A stretch of DNA of 64,000 nucleotides, from the NCBI GenBank assembly GCA_043826355.1, contig JBDRQI010000002.1, forward strand, positions 41,223 to 105,222. The letters are read 5' to 3'. A program made the position numbers and the translations under genes. Under the pieces are notes generated by a model. It was not told where the DNA came from, did not search any database, and worked only from the letters and a program-made list of their open reading frames with translations. The stretch's first letter is position 1; each line of letters starts with the position of its first letter. Below are positions 28,570 to 37,451 of this stretch, one piece after another. This DNA comes from Candidatus Omnitrophota bacterium (GTDB lineage Bacteria; Ratteibacteria; UBA8468; MWAK01).

Positions 28570-29350
28570 GTTTTTTCCGGCTGATGGCGACGCCGCGTTC
28601 AGAATTGGCGATAAACTTCAGAAGTAGGGTTATTTCCGGTGTGGTCGGAACGTCTGTTTTTATCTTCTCAACCGCGTGATTGATACCAAGGCGGCTGCGT
28701 ATCAGGAAATGGAAGGCCTTTTCCAGGGCGACAATAGATTCCGGGCTGAAATTATTTCTCTTCAGACCGATACGGTTGAGCCAGTAGATACGGGCCGGGT
28801 GTCCGTCGGCCAGACTGTAGGGTAGGATGTCCTGGCAGGCCTTGGAACAACCCCCGACGATGGCGAAGGAACCGACCCGGCAGAACTGATGGACTGCGGA
28901 GAGTCCGCCCAAAACGGCATTGTTTTCGATCGTAACGTGGCCGGCCAGGGTGGCATTATTGGCCAGGATCGTGTTATCGCCGACGCTGCAGTTGTGAGCG
29001 ATATGGCTGTAAGCCATAATTAGATTGCCTGAGCCGATGGAGGTTTCCTCGCCTTCATCGGTGGCCGGGTTGATGGTTACGTATTCCCGGATGGTATTTC
29101 GTTCGCCGATGCGGACAAAGGTCTTCTGGCCCCGGTACTTAAGGTCCTGGGGCGGGCTGCCGATAACTGCGCCGGTAAAGATGCGGCTGTTCCGTCCGAT
29201 AGAAACGTGTCCGGTGATGACCGCGTGGGCGCCGATCTCAACACAATCGTCGAGCTTAACCACGCCGTCCAGGACCGCGCCGGGTCCGATAACGACATCC
29301 TTGCCTAACTCAACCTTCGGCCCTATAATTGCACTCGGGTCTATTTTCAT
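28562..29350 (-). CDS. lpxA: Acyl-ACP--UDP-GlcNAc O-acyltransferase
   Basis: Hexapeptide repeats plus PQDLKY, IREYVTI, HIAHNC and VHQFCRVG. Confidence 0.97.
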   Translation of the reverse strand: MKIDPSAIIGPKVELGKDVVIGPGAVLDGVVKLDDCVEIGAHAVITGHVSIGRNSRIFTGAVIGSPPQDLKYRGQKTFVRIGERNTIREYVTINPATDEGEETSIGSGNLIMAYSHIAHNCSVGDNTILANNATLAGHVTIENNAVLGGLSAVHQFCRVGSFAIVGGCSKACQDILPYSLADGHPARIYWLNRIGLKRNNFSPESIVALEKAFHFLIRSRLGINHAVEKIKTDVPTTPEITLLLKFIANSERGVAISRKKHE

Positions 29351-29360
29351 ACATTTTTGC

Positions 29361-29444
29361 TGTCATTGCGAGTCTGCGCAGGCAGGCGTGGCAATCTCGC
29401 TTTCTAAATGGGCCTGCCGCCCGATGCTTCCGCTCACAATGACA
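29361..29444. repeat. TGTCATTGCGAG-family palindromic element
   Basis: tgtcattgcgag...cgtggcaatct...ctcacaatgaca. Confidence 0.8.
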
Positions 29445-29450
29445 CTTATT

Positions 29451-30377
29451 TTAACCTAAAACGGTGTTTTCCGTAAAGTGGATGCCGCGGATAAATTCTT
29501 CGGCGGGGAGACGCTTTTTACCGGCGGCCTGCAGTTCGGTAAGCAATAAAGCATCCTTACCGCAAGCCACCAGAACACCATTTTTGTCTGCCTTGAGAAG
29601 AACCCCGGGTCTGGCCGGGGGAGACACGTTTTTGTTTACCGATTGGGCTTCATAGATAATGATTTCTCTATTGTTGTAAAAAGTATAGGCGCGGGGCCAG
29701 CGGACAAAAGCGCGTACCTTGGCCGCAATTTCCGCGGCGTCTTTATTCCAATCAATCAGGCCGTCTCCCTTACTGATTTTGGCGGCATAGGTTGCCGCGT
29801 TTTCCGCCTGAGGTGTTAGTGCGGCGGTTCCGTTCTCTACCTGTCTCAGGCTGTTTAGAGCCAGTTCCGCGCCGACTTCCGCCAGCCGTTGGCTTAAGGC
29901 AGGCGTATCTTCATCCGGCCGGATCTCTACTTTTTTTTGAGCCAGGATTGGTCCGGCGTCCATCCGCCGCGTCACGGCAATAATCGTTACACCGGTTTCT
30001 TGTTCCCGGTTCAGGATAGCATGTTCCACCGGTGCGGCTCCCCGGTATTTGGGCAGGAGAGAGGGATGAATGTTGAAAACCCCTTTTCCCGGAATTTCTA
30101 AAACCGATTTTTTCAGCATCTGGCCGAACGCAGCCACCAGCATGATTTCCGGCCGGAATGACTTCAGTTTTGTGATTATTTCCGGGTGATTGATGTCAGC
30201 GGTCTCAATTACCGGCAGGTTTAGTGAGCGGGCAAGGATTTTGGTTGGCGCGGGAAGTATTTTCAGGCCGCGGCCAGCCGGTTTGTCCGGCGCGGTAACT
30301 ACACAGCAGACATCCGGCGCCAGTTTCTTCAGAGCCGGCAGGCCAAGTTCTCCGCTGCCGATAAATATTATGCGCAT
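29451..30377 (-). CDS. fmt: Methionyl-tRNA formyltransferase
   Basis: Motifs VTAPDKPAGRG, NIHPSLLPKYRGAAP, MDAGPI and IDW. Confidence 0.96.
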   Translation of the reverse strand: MRIIFIGSGELGLPALKKLAPDVCCVVTAPDKPAGRGLKILPAPTKILARSLNLPVIETADINHPEIITKLKSFRPEIMLVAAFGQMLKKSVLEIPGKGVFNIHPSLLPKYRGAAPVEHAILNREQETGVTIIAVTRRMDAGPILAQKKVEIRPDEDTPALSQRLAEVGAELALNSLRQVENGTAALTPQAENAATYAAKISKGDGLIDWNKDAAEIAAKVRAFVRWPRAYTFYNNREIIIYEAQSVNKNVSPPARPGVLLKADKNGVLVACGKDALLLTELQAAGKKRLPAEEFIRGIHFTENTVLG

Positions 30378-31531
30378 TGTCTGCCCGCTACAATAGTTGC
30401 AAAGATCGAAAGGTCAGAATTTAAAATTACGATGTCGGCGTCTTTTCCAATCGCCAGGCTGCCTTTCCTTTTTTCAATGCCCAGGGCCCGCGCCGGATTT
30501 TCAGTTACGGTTTTTATGGCTGTCTCAAGCGTGCAGCCGGTGAATTTTATCAGCCGTCCAATCATCTGATTTAAACCCAGCGTGGTGCCGACCAGGGTTC
30601 CTGGGGTTGCCTGCGGCAACCCCTCGCGTCGGCCGGTGCCGTCTTTTGACCGGTATTTGACGCCGTCGTAAAGATAGGTTCCGTCCGGAAGACCGGTTGA
30701 GGTCACGCCGTCTGAAATTGTTACAAAACGAGAATCGCCCAGGAGATTTAAGGTGAATCGGACGATTTCCGGATGGAGATGAACCCCGTCGGTAATGACC
30801 TGGCAGGTTACGTTTTTGTTTTCAAAGATGGCCGGGAGCGGACCCGGGAACCGGTGGTGAATCGGCGGCATGGCGTTAAAAAGATGGGTCACGTGGGAAA
30901 TGCCGGCCTCAATTCCCTTTAGGGTCGCCTCATAGGAAGCGCTGGAATGTCCAAAAGAAGCGATTGCGCCGGAATCAACTAATTTTCGGATTATTGGCAA
31001 ACTACCCGGCAATTCCGGAGCGATAGCCATCATTTTAAGGGTTTTGCCGGTCAGGCCGTATATCTTCCGCAAAATATTCAGCGACGGTTTGCAGATGGAA
31101 TCCATTAAAATCCCGCCCTTCTTCTCCGGGGAGACAAACGGACCTTCCAGGTGAATTCCCAACAGATTGGCGCCTCCTAAATCTTTTCCGGTGTTTTCCG
31201 ACGCTACGGTGACCGGAAGGTTTTCGGCGCCGGGTTTAAAGACGGTGGTAGCCAGGAAACTGGTTGTGCCAAGCCGGGCAAGAGTCCGTGAGATGGTTTC
31301 CAGCGCGTTTCGGTTGGCGTCCAGAATGCTTGCGCCGCCCGCGCCCTGGATGTGTACCTCGATAAAACCGGGCGCAACGATGCGTCCGGCCGCATCCAGG
31401 ACTTGGCAATTTTCACCAACGGTCTTAATCTTTCCGATGCGGACGATGGTCTTGCCGCGCATCAAAATAGCGGCGTTTTCTTTTTTCGGGGAGTTGAAAA
31501 GGCGTCCGTTTTTAATCAGGAGATAGTCCAT
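30368..31531 (-). CDS. nagA: N-acetylglucosamine-6-phosphate deacetylase
   Basis: Motifs PGFIEVHIQG, GIHLEGPF, GHS, THLFNAM, DGVHL and NPARALG. Confidence 0.92.
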   Translation of the reverse strand: MDYLLIKNGRLFNSPKKENAAILMRGKTIVRIGKIKTVGENCQVLDAAGRIVAPGFIEVHIQGAGGASILDANRNALETISRTLARLGTTSFLATTVFKPGAENLPVTVASENTGKDLGGANLLGIHLEGPFVSPEKKGGILMDSICKPSLNILRKIYGLTGKTLKMMAIAPELPGSLPIIRKLVDSGAIASFGHSSASYEATLKGIEAGISHVTHLFNAMPPIHHRFPGPLPAIFENKNVTCQVITDGVHLHPEIVRFTLNLLGDSRFVTISDGVTSTGLPDGTYLYDGVKYRSKDGTGRREGLPQATPGTLVGTTLGLNQMIGRLIKFTGCTLETAIKTVTENPARALGIEKRKGSLAIGKDADIVILNSDLSIFATIVAGRQCA

Positions 31532-31624
31532 TCCATCCTTTCGTAGTTCTTAATTTTAACGCTTTTTCCGCAACCAGTCAAAATTTTGACTTTTTGCTCC
31601 ATTTGCTAATATAATTTATAACGT

Positions 31625-32635
31625 ATGGCTCAGGATAACAAAACAACGGAAACGAAGCAGGTGAAAAAAGACGGTTGGATTGCCTACCGGCCCCAGATAA
31701 AGCTGGTGGACTGCACCGTCCGGGACGGCGGCTTGATGAACGACCACGCCTTTGACGATAATACAATCAAAGCCGTTTATGAAACCTGCGTCGAAGCCGG
31801 CATCGATTATATGGAGCTTGGATATAAGTCGTCCAAAAAAATTTACGCACCCGACCAATTCGGCTGTTGGAAGCATTGCGACGAAGACGATATTCGCCGT
31901 ATCGTGGCCGACAATCCCACTCCGCTTAAACTGGCGGCGATGGCCGATGCGGAGCGCACCGACTACCACGAAGATATCCTGCCGGCAGAAAAGAGCGTCC
32001 TGGATATGATTCGCGTTGCCACTTACATCCACCAGATACCGGAAGCGCTGGACATGATAGCGGATGCCCACGACAAAGGATACGAAACCACCGTAAACCT
32101 CATGGCTGTTTCCACGGTCCAGGAAAAAGAACTTAACGATGCCCTGGAATTGCTGGCTGCTTCCGAGGTCCAGGTGGTTTACCTGGTTGATAGTTTCGGT
32201 GCATTTTACAGCGAACAGATAAGGGATCTGGTGCATAAATATTTAGGCTACGCCAGGCCGGTCGGTAAAGAAATCGGTATCCATACTCACAACAACCAGC
32301 AGTTGGCTTACGCTAATACGGTTGAAGCGCTGATAAACGGGGCGAATTATCTGGATGCCAGTCTGGCCGGGCTGGGCCGGGGCGCCGGCAACTGCCAGAT
32401 GGAACTGCTGCTAAGTTTTTTGCATAACCCCAAGTTCAATCTCCGGCCGGTGCTTAAGTGCATCCAGGACCATATTGAACCGATGCGGGAAAAATTGCGC
32501 TGGGGTTTTGATATCCCTTACATGATTACCGGCCATCTGAACCAGCACCCCAGGTCTGCGATGAAGTTTATGGCAGACGACAGCAACCGCAAAAATGTAG
32601 TGGCTTTTTTTGACTCCATGCTTGAAGAAGAGTAA
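31625..32635 (+). CDS. DRE-TIM/HMGL-like aldolase (4-hydroxy-2-oxovalerate aldolase-like)
   Basis: Motifs DCTVRDGG, VDSFG, GIHTHNNQQLA and GLGRGAGN. Confidence 0.85.
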   Translation: MAQDNKTTETKQVKKDGWIAYRPQIKLVDCTVRDGGLMNDHAFDDNTIKAVYETCVEAGIDYMELGYKSSKKIYAPDQFGCWKHCDEDDIRRIVADNPTPLKLAAMADAERTDYHEDILPAEKSVLDMIRVATYIHQIPEALDMIADAHDKGYETTVNLMAVSTVQEKELNDALELLAASEVQVVYLVDSFGAFYSEQIRDLVHKYLGYARPVGKEIGIHTHNNQQLAYANTVEALINGANYLDASLAGLGRGAGNCQMELLLSFLHNPKFNLRPVLKCIQDHIEPMREKLRWGFDIPYMITGHLNQHPRSAMKFMADDSNRKNVVAFFDSMLEEE

Positions 32636-32663
32636 TCCAGACATCAGACGCCAGACTCCAGAC
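32636..32663. repeat. Four tandem degenerate heptamers NNCAGAC
   Basis: tccagac-atcagac-gccagac-tccagac. Confidence 0.6.
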
Positions 32664-32705
32664 CCCAAATATTGGAAAAGAACCTTGCCCCCCGTCCGTG
32701 ACCGC

Positions 32706-34145
32706 ATGAAAAACGACACTATCTGCGCCATATCCACTCCGCCGGGCCGCAGCGGCATTGGAATTGTCCGGCTCTCCGGACCAAAAACCTACCGCATCCT
32801 GGAGCGGCTTTTCCGGGGGAAAAAAGGCCAACCGGTAAAATTAACACAACTCCCGTCCCATACGGTCAAATACGGCTTTATCCGGGAGGGTATTCAAACC
32901 CGGGACGAGGTTCTCCTGACGGTGATGAAGGGCCCCAGAAGTTACACCCGGGAGGATATGGCGGAAATCGGATGTCACGGAGGCTCGGTCCCGCTTAAGG
33001 GAGTTTTAAGGGCGCTTATTTCGGCTGGCTGCCGGTTGGCTGAACCGGGCGAGTTTACCAGGCGGGCTTTTCTTTCCGGCCGGATAGACCTGGCCCAGGC
33101 CGAAGCGGTGTTAGCGGCCGTTAACAGCCGGACCGAAACCGGACTCTGCGCCGCCTTAGACCAGTTGCAGGGCCGGCTTTCCCGGAAGGTTGCGGAATTG
33201 GAAGAGGATGTTATTGGTCTTTTAGCAGAAGTAGAAGCCGGGATTGAATTTCCGGAAGATGGCTTGCCGAAGGGAAGCGCAAGTTCTTACCAGAAAAGAA
33301 TATCCGAAATCTGCCGGAAAACAAGTGAATTTATCTCCGGTGCCGAAGAAGGTAAAATTCTGGAAGAAGGTTTCAAGGTGGCGATTCTGGGCCGGCCGAA
33401 CGTCGGGAAGAGCAGTTTGCTGAATATCCTCCTGGCGGAAGAACGGGCGATCGTGACCGATGTTCCCGGCACCACCCGCGACGAAATATCGGAAATGGTC
33501 AATGTGTCCGGCTGGCCGCTGAAGATTATTGACACCGCCGGCATCCGGCAGCCCAAAGACAAGATTGAAGAAGCCGGCGTTTCCCGCAGCCGGGCCTGGA
33601 TAAAAGCTGCGGAACTGATTTTGCTTGTTCTGGACCGGAGCAAGCCGCTTCAACCGGAAGACCGAAAGTTACTGGCTGAGGTCAATCCGGAAAAGACGAT
33701 CCTGGTAATTAACAAGACCGACCTGCCGGATAAGTTATTCTCCTTCCCGCGCCCTTCCCGCCAGGGGAGGGGTTTCCAAAATAAATTCCTCCCCCCCGGA
33801 GGGGGAGGTGAGGTGGGGGGGAGGTTCGCTCACGTAAAAATTTCTGCCCTCAAGGGTTGGGGCATTGAGGAATTGGAAAAGACAATAGCCGGTTTCATTC
33901 AGGAGGGAAGAGTGTTCAGCGGAGGCGAAGACCCGGTTTTTTTGGCCCTGGAACAGGAAACCGCCTTGAAAAATGCGTTTGAATATTTACAGAAATCAGC
34001 CGTAACTTTGGAGGAACGTCTGCCGCTGGAATTTGTGGCTGCGGACTTAAATCGAGCCGCCAAACACCTCGGCCGTCTTTCCGGTCGTCAGGTAAGTGCC
34101 GAAATCCTGGACCAGATCTTCTCCCGCTTCTGCCTCGGGAAATAG
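32706..34145 (+). CDS. mnmE: tRNA modification GTPase MnmE
   Basis: Motifs DTICAISTPPG, GRPNVGKSS, PGTTRD, DTAG, NKTD and IFSRFCLGK. Confidence 0.97.
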   Translation: MKNDTICAISTPPGRSGIGIVRLSGPKTYRILERLFRGKKGQPVKLTQLPSHTVKYGFIREGIQTRDEVLLTVMKGPRSYTREDMAEIGCHGGSVPLKGVLRALISAGCRLAEPGEFTRRAFLSGRIDLAQAEAVLAAVNSRTETGLCAALDQLQGRLSRKVAELEEDVIGLLAEVEAGIEFPEDGLPKGSASSYQKRISEICRKTSEFISGAEEGKILEEGFKVAILGRPNVGKSSLLNILLAEERAIVTDVPGTTRDEISEMVNVSGWPLKIIDTAGIRQPKDKIEEAGVSRSRAWIKAAELILLVLDRSKPLQPEDRKLLAEVNPEKTILVINKTDLPDKLFSFPRPSRQGRGFQNKFLPPGGGGEVGGRFAHVKISALKGWGIEELEKTIAGFIQEGRVFSGGEDPVFLALEQETALKNAFEYLQKSAVTLEERLPLEFVAADLNRAAKHLGRLSGRQVSAEILDQIFSRFCLGK

Positions 34146-34185
34146 ATGCTGCTTCAGGTATTTTCTTAGTTTTTCACAACCAGCC

Positions 34186-34365
34186 AAGCGAGGGTGTTTG
34201 GTCTGCAAAATTTCACGGAGCGTCAGGAACAAGACAAGCAATACGAGTGAATAAGTATCCGGGGTCCGCCAGAATTATGGCGGAAACACGGAGAGTCTCG
34301 TTCACGAGTTGCGTATGTCTTGTCTGACGCGCAGGGTGTTTAGCAGACCAAACACCCGAACGCTT
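34186..34365. repeat. ~180-bp long palindromic element (MITE-like or structured RNA)
   Basis: gggtgtttggtctgc (34192-34206) pairs with gcagaccaaacaccc (34343-34357). Nested pairs gcgtcag/ctgacgc, acaagaca/tgtcttgt, gtgaa/ttcac and tccgcca/tggcgga. Confidence 0.7.
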
Positions 34366-36016
34366 AATTTTCACCTTCCGTCTCGTAGGTGGAATAAAAA
34401 TAAGGAGTATGCGCCTCAAATTCCGCCCCGCAGGTGTCTACCTGCTTGAATGAAGGCAGAATGTTCTTTTCCTGGCGCAGTTTGCGGATAAAGTTTTCAT
34501 CTGTCTTTAAAAGGCGGGCTAATTGAATATCCGAAAAACCATATTGCTTGGCTTTGCGCAATAAATCAGTTGGGATATTCTTTTTTCGGTGATAGCGGGT
34601 AATCTCTTTTTCCAAGTCAACAATTTGTTGAATGTTGGATAAAAACCATTTATCTATTTTGGACAAACCATAAATTTCATCTACACTCACGCCATTTTGC
34701 AGGGCATATTTTATAAAAAAGATTCTCTCCGGGGCGGGAATCCTCAGACCTGCTTGAATTTTTTCCGCATCCGGGTCTTCAAACTTCTTGTCCAATCCGG
34801 CGACGCCTATTTCCAAAGACCGGAGCGCTTTTTGAAGGGCTTCCTTAAAAGTGCGGCCAATCCCCATAACCTCGCCTACCGACTTCATTGATATGGTCAA
34901 TACGGAATTTGCCGCCGGGAATTTTTCAAAGGTGAATCGGGGAATTTTAACCACGCAGTAATCGATGGTCGGTTCAAAATAAGCCGGTGTTTTTTGGGTG
35001 ATATCGTTAGGTATTTCATCCAACGTATATCCTACGGCGAGTTTGGCCGCTATCTTGGCAATCGGAAAGCCGGTTACTTTGGAAGCCAGGGCCGAACTTC
35101 GGGATACGCGGGGGTTCATTTCAATGACTACCATTCGTCCGGTATCAGGATTGACCGCAAACTGGATGTTGGAACCGCCCGTCTCCACCCCGATTTCCCT
35201 GATTATTTTTAGGGACGCATTGCGCATCGCCTGGTATTCTTTGTCGGTAAGAGTTTGGGCCGGCGCAACGGTTATGCTGTCTCCCGTGTGAACACCCATG
35301 GGGTCAAAATTTTCAATCGAACAGATGACAATCACGTTGTCTTTGAGGTCGCGCATAACTTCCAGTTCAAATTCTTTCCAGCCCAGCACGGATTCTTCAA
35401 CCAGTATTTCGTGAATCGGGCTGATTTTTAGACCCTGTCCGGCAATTTCTTCGAATTCGGCAATATTATAGGCCACCCCGCCGCCCGTCCCGCCTAAAGT
35501 GAAACTGGGCCGGATAATTACCGGAAAACTGATCGTTTCCGCAACTGTACGCGCTTCTTTTAAGTTATGGGCCCGGCCGCTTTGCGGTATATCCAAACCG
35601 GTCTTTTTTATCGCCTCTTTAAATAAATCCCGGTCTTCAGCTTTCTTAATTGCTCCGTATTGTGCGCCAATCATCTCTACGTTGTTTTTATCCAGGATGC
35701 CTTGTTCGTATAATTCTACCGCTAAATTGAGCGCGGTCTGCCCGCCCAGGGTGGGCAGTAAAGCATCCGGCTTTTCTTTTTCGATAATTTTCCGCACAAT
35801 ATCCGCGGTAATTGGTTCAATGTAGGTAGCGTCAGCTGTTTCCGGGTCGGTCATGATGGTGGCCGGATTGCTGTTTACCAGCACAACCGTGAACCCTTCC
35901 GCCCTCAGGGTTTTACAGGCCTGGGTCCCCGAATAGTCAAACTCGCAGGCCTGACCGATGATAATCGGGCCGGAGCCAATAATCAGTATTTTTTTAATGT
36001 CCGTTCGCTTAGGCAT
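34364..36016 (-). CDS. carB: Carbamoyl-phosphate synthase large subunit, N-terminal half only (split CarB)
   Basis: Starts [30 protein letters not shown]; contains GVHTGDS and [11 protein letters not shown]; ends [13 protein letters not shown] at 550 aa. Confidence 0.93.
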   Translation of the reverse strand: MPKRTDIKKILIIGSGPIIIGQACEFDYSGTQACKTLRAEGFTVVLVNSNPATIMTDPETADATYIEPITADIVRKIIEKEKPDALLPTLGGQTALNLAVELYEQGILDKNNVEMIGAQYGAIKKAEDRDLFKEAIKKTGLDIPQSGRAHNLKEARTVAETISFPVIIRPSFTLGGTGGGVAYNIAEFEEIAGQGLKISPIHEILVEESVLGWKEFELEVMRDLKDNVIVICSIENFDPMGVHTGDSITVAPAQTLTDKEYQAMRNASLKIIREIGVETGGSNIQFAVNPDTGRMVVIEMNPRVSRSSALASKVTGFPIAKIAAKLAVGYTLDEIPNDITQKTPAYFEPTIDYCVVKIPRFTFEKFPAANSVLTISMKSVGEVMGIGRTFKEALQKALRSLEIGVAGLDKKFEDPDAEKIQAGLRIPAPERIFFIKYALQNGVSVDEIYGLSKIDKWFLSNIQQIVDLEKEITRYHRKKNIPTDLLRKAKQYGFSDIQLARLLKTDENFIRKLRQEKNILPSFKQVDTCGAEFEAHTPYFYSTYETEGEN

Positions 36017-36025
36017 TTTTTATGT

Positions 36026-36172
36026 TCCGTTCAGACAGATTTTTTCATCGGGACGCTTGATTTCCCCAGCGAGGAAATCTACGCTCGACGCAGCTCGTTG
36101 CTCGTCCGCCTCTGGCGGACACCGTGCCCGCAACTCGCTCCGCACGCCCGCTGAAAGAATTATCTGAACGGA
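36026..36172. repeat. ~147-bp palindromic element between carA and carB
   Basis: Ends tccgttcaga/tctgaacgga, inner ttca.cggg/cccg.tgaa, and an internal gtccgcctctggcggac hairpin. Confidence 0.65.
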
Positions 36173-36186
36173 TATTTTTTCTGGTT

Positions 36187-37278
36187 TTATTGATTTTGTA
36201 TCAGTTTTACAAAGTTGTCAAAAAGATAATTGGTATCTTGCGGTCCGGGTGACGCTTCCGGATGGAACTGAACCGAGAATACGGGCAGTTTCCGGTGCCG
36301 CATCCCTTCCAGGGTCTGGTCGTTTAGATTAATATGAGTAATCTCAATATCATTTTTGTTCAAAGAATCAATGTCGATGCAGAAACTGTGGTTCTGAACA
36401 GTTATCGCCAACTTTCCGGTCTTTAAATCTTTTACCGGATGATTTCCGCCGTGATGACCAAACTTCAGTTTGTAAGTTTTTCCGCCAAAAGATAATCCCA
36501 GAATCTGATGTCCCAGGCAAATTCCGAAGATGGGAAATTTGCCCAGCAATTGTTTTACGGTTTCGACAACATACGGCGCTTCGGCCGGGTCTCCCGGACC
36601 GTTGGAAATCAACACGCCATCCGGTTTAAATTCTAATATTTCACGGGCGGCTGTCCGCGCCGGAACAACCTTTACCCGGCATTCACGGGCAGCCAATTCG
36701 CGCAGGATATTATATTTGACTCCACAATCAATAACTATTACTTTGTATTTCCCTTTTTTATTCCAATTATAATATTTTGCAGAAGTAACTTCTTTTACCA
36801 GGTCCTGACCAGTCAAGCCCGGAGAACTTTTTGCTTTCTTTATTAAATTTTTTCGCTCGAAATTTTCGGTAGATATAATTGCTTTCATAGACCCGGCGAT
36901 GCGAATGTGTTTGGTTAATGCCCTGGTGTCAACTCCTTCCAGTCCGATAATGCCGTGTTCTCCAAGGAAATCGCCCAGACTCTTCTCCGCCCGCCAGTTG
37001 CTCGCGATGCGGCTGTATTCTTTAACGATAAACCCCTCGGCGCGGGGTTTGAGGGACTCGAAATCTCCTTCATTTACTCCGTAATTTCCAATCAAGGGAT
37101 AGGTCATAATGACTATCTGGCCTTTGTAGGAAGGGTCGGTGATAATTTCCTGGTAACCCGTCATGCTGGTATTGAATACTACCTCGCCCGCCCTCTCCCC
37201 GGAGGCGCCAAAAGCGGTGCCTTCAAAAATTGTACCGTCTTCCAGGGCGATTATTCCCCTCCCTTTTTTTATATCCAT
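36187..37278 (-). CDS. carA: Carbamoyl-phosphate synthase small subunit
   Basis: Motifs GEVVFNTSMTGYQE, SNGPGDP, GICLGHQ and QFHPEASPGP. Confidence 0.98.
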   Translation of the reverse strand: MDIKKGRGIIALEDGTIFEGTAFGASGERAGEVVFNTSMTGYQEIITDPSYKGQIVIMTYPLIGNYGVNEGDFESLKPRAEGFIVKEYSRIASNWRAEKSLGDFLGEHGIIGLEGVDTRALTKHIRIAGSMKAIISTENFERKNLIKKAKSSPGLTGQDLVKEVTSAKYYNWNKKGKYKVIVIDCGVKYNILRELAARECRVKVVPARTAAREILEFKPDGVLISNGPGDPAEAPYVVETVKQLLGKFPIFGICLGHQILGLSFGGKTYKLKFGHHGGNHPVKDLKTGKLAITVQNHSFCIDIDSLNKNDIEITHINLNDQTLEGMRHRKLPVFSVQFHPEASPGPQDTNYLFDNFVKLIQNQ

Positions 37279-37327
37279 ATCTTCCCTCAGGGTTAACTTT
37301 ATTTAAGAGACAGACCCTTATAGCCAT

Positions 37328-37375
37328 AAAAAAAACCCCCAAAAGCAACGCTGCTTCTGGAGGCTACGCTGCCTC
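37328..37375 (-). promoter_or_regulatory. carA leader attenuator: ANTAR-type tandem hexaloop hairpins overlapping an intrinsic terminator
   Basis: Minus strand GAGGC-AGCGUA-GCCUC-CAG-AAGC-AGCGUU-GCUU-UUGGGGG-U8. The alternative 12-bp terminator stem is GCCUCCAGAAGC/GCUUUUGGGGGU. Confidence 0.75.
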
Positions 37376-37387
37376 TCTTTAACAGGA

Positions 37388-37417
37388 ATTGTATCACCTT
37401 ACGGTAAGTAAAATCAA
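37388..37417 (-). promoter_or_regulatory. carA promoter
   Basis: Minus strand TTGATT, 18 nt ending TGa, then TACAAT, directly upstream of the attenuator. Confidence 0.6.
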
Positions 37418-37433
37418 ATTTTCGGGCAGCGCG

Positions 37434-37442
37434 TGGTATAAT
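37434..37442 (+). promoter_or_regulatory. Extended -10 (TGGTATAAT) for purF, near-leaderless
   Basis: TGGTATAAT lies 9 nt before the ATG at 37452, with no SD. Confidence 0.55.
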
Positions 37443-37451
37443 TTAGCGCGT

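Noticed and set aside
32636..32663. Heptamer repeats as a CRISPR or iteron array
   Set aside because: Only four degenerate 7-mers, with no spacers and no cas or rep genes.
37360..37390. PyrR-binding loop in the carA leader (GAGAGGC present)
   Set aside because: The ARUCC-NGNGAGGYU consensus is not intact and would straddle the predicted transcription start. The dual-hexaloop ANTAR model fits better.
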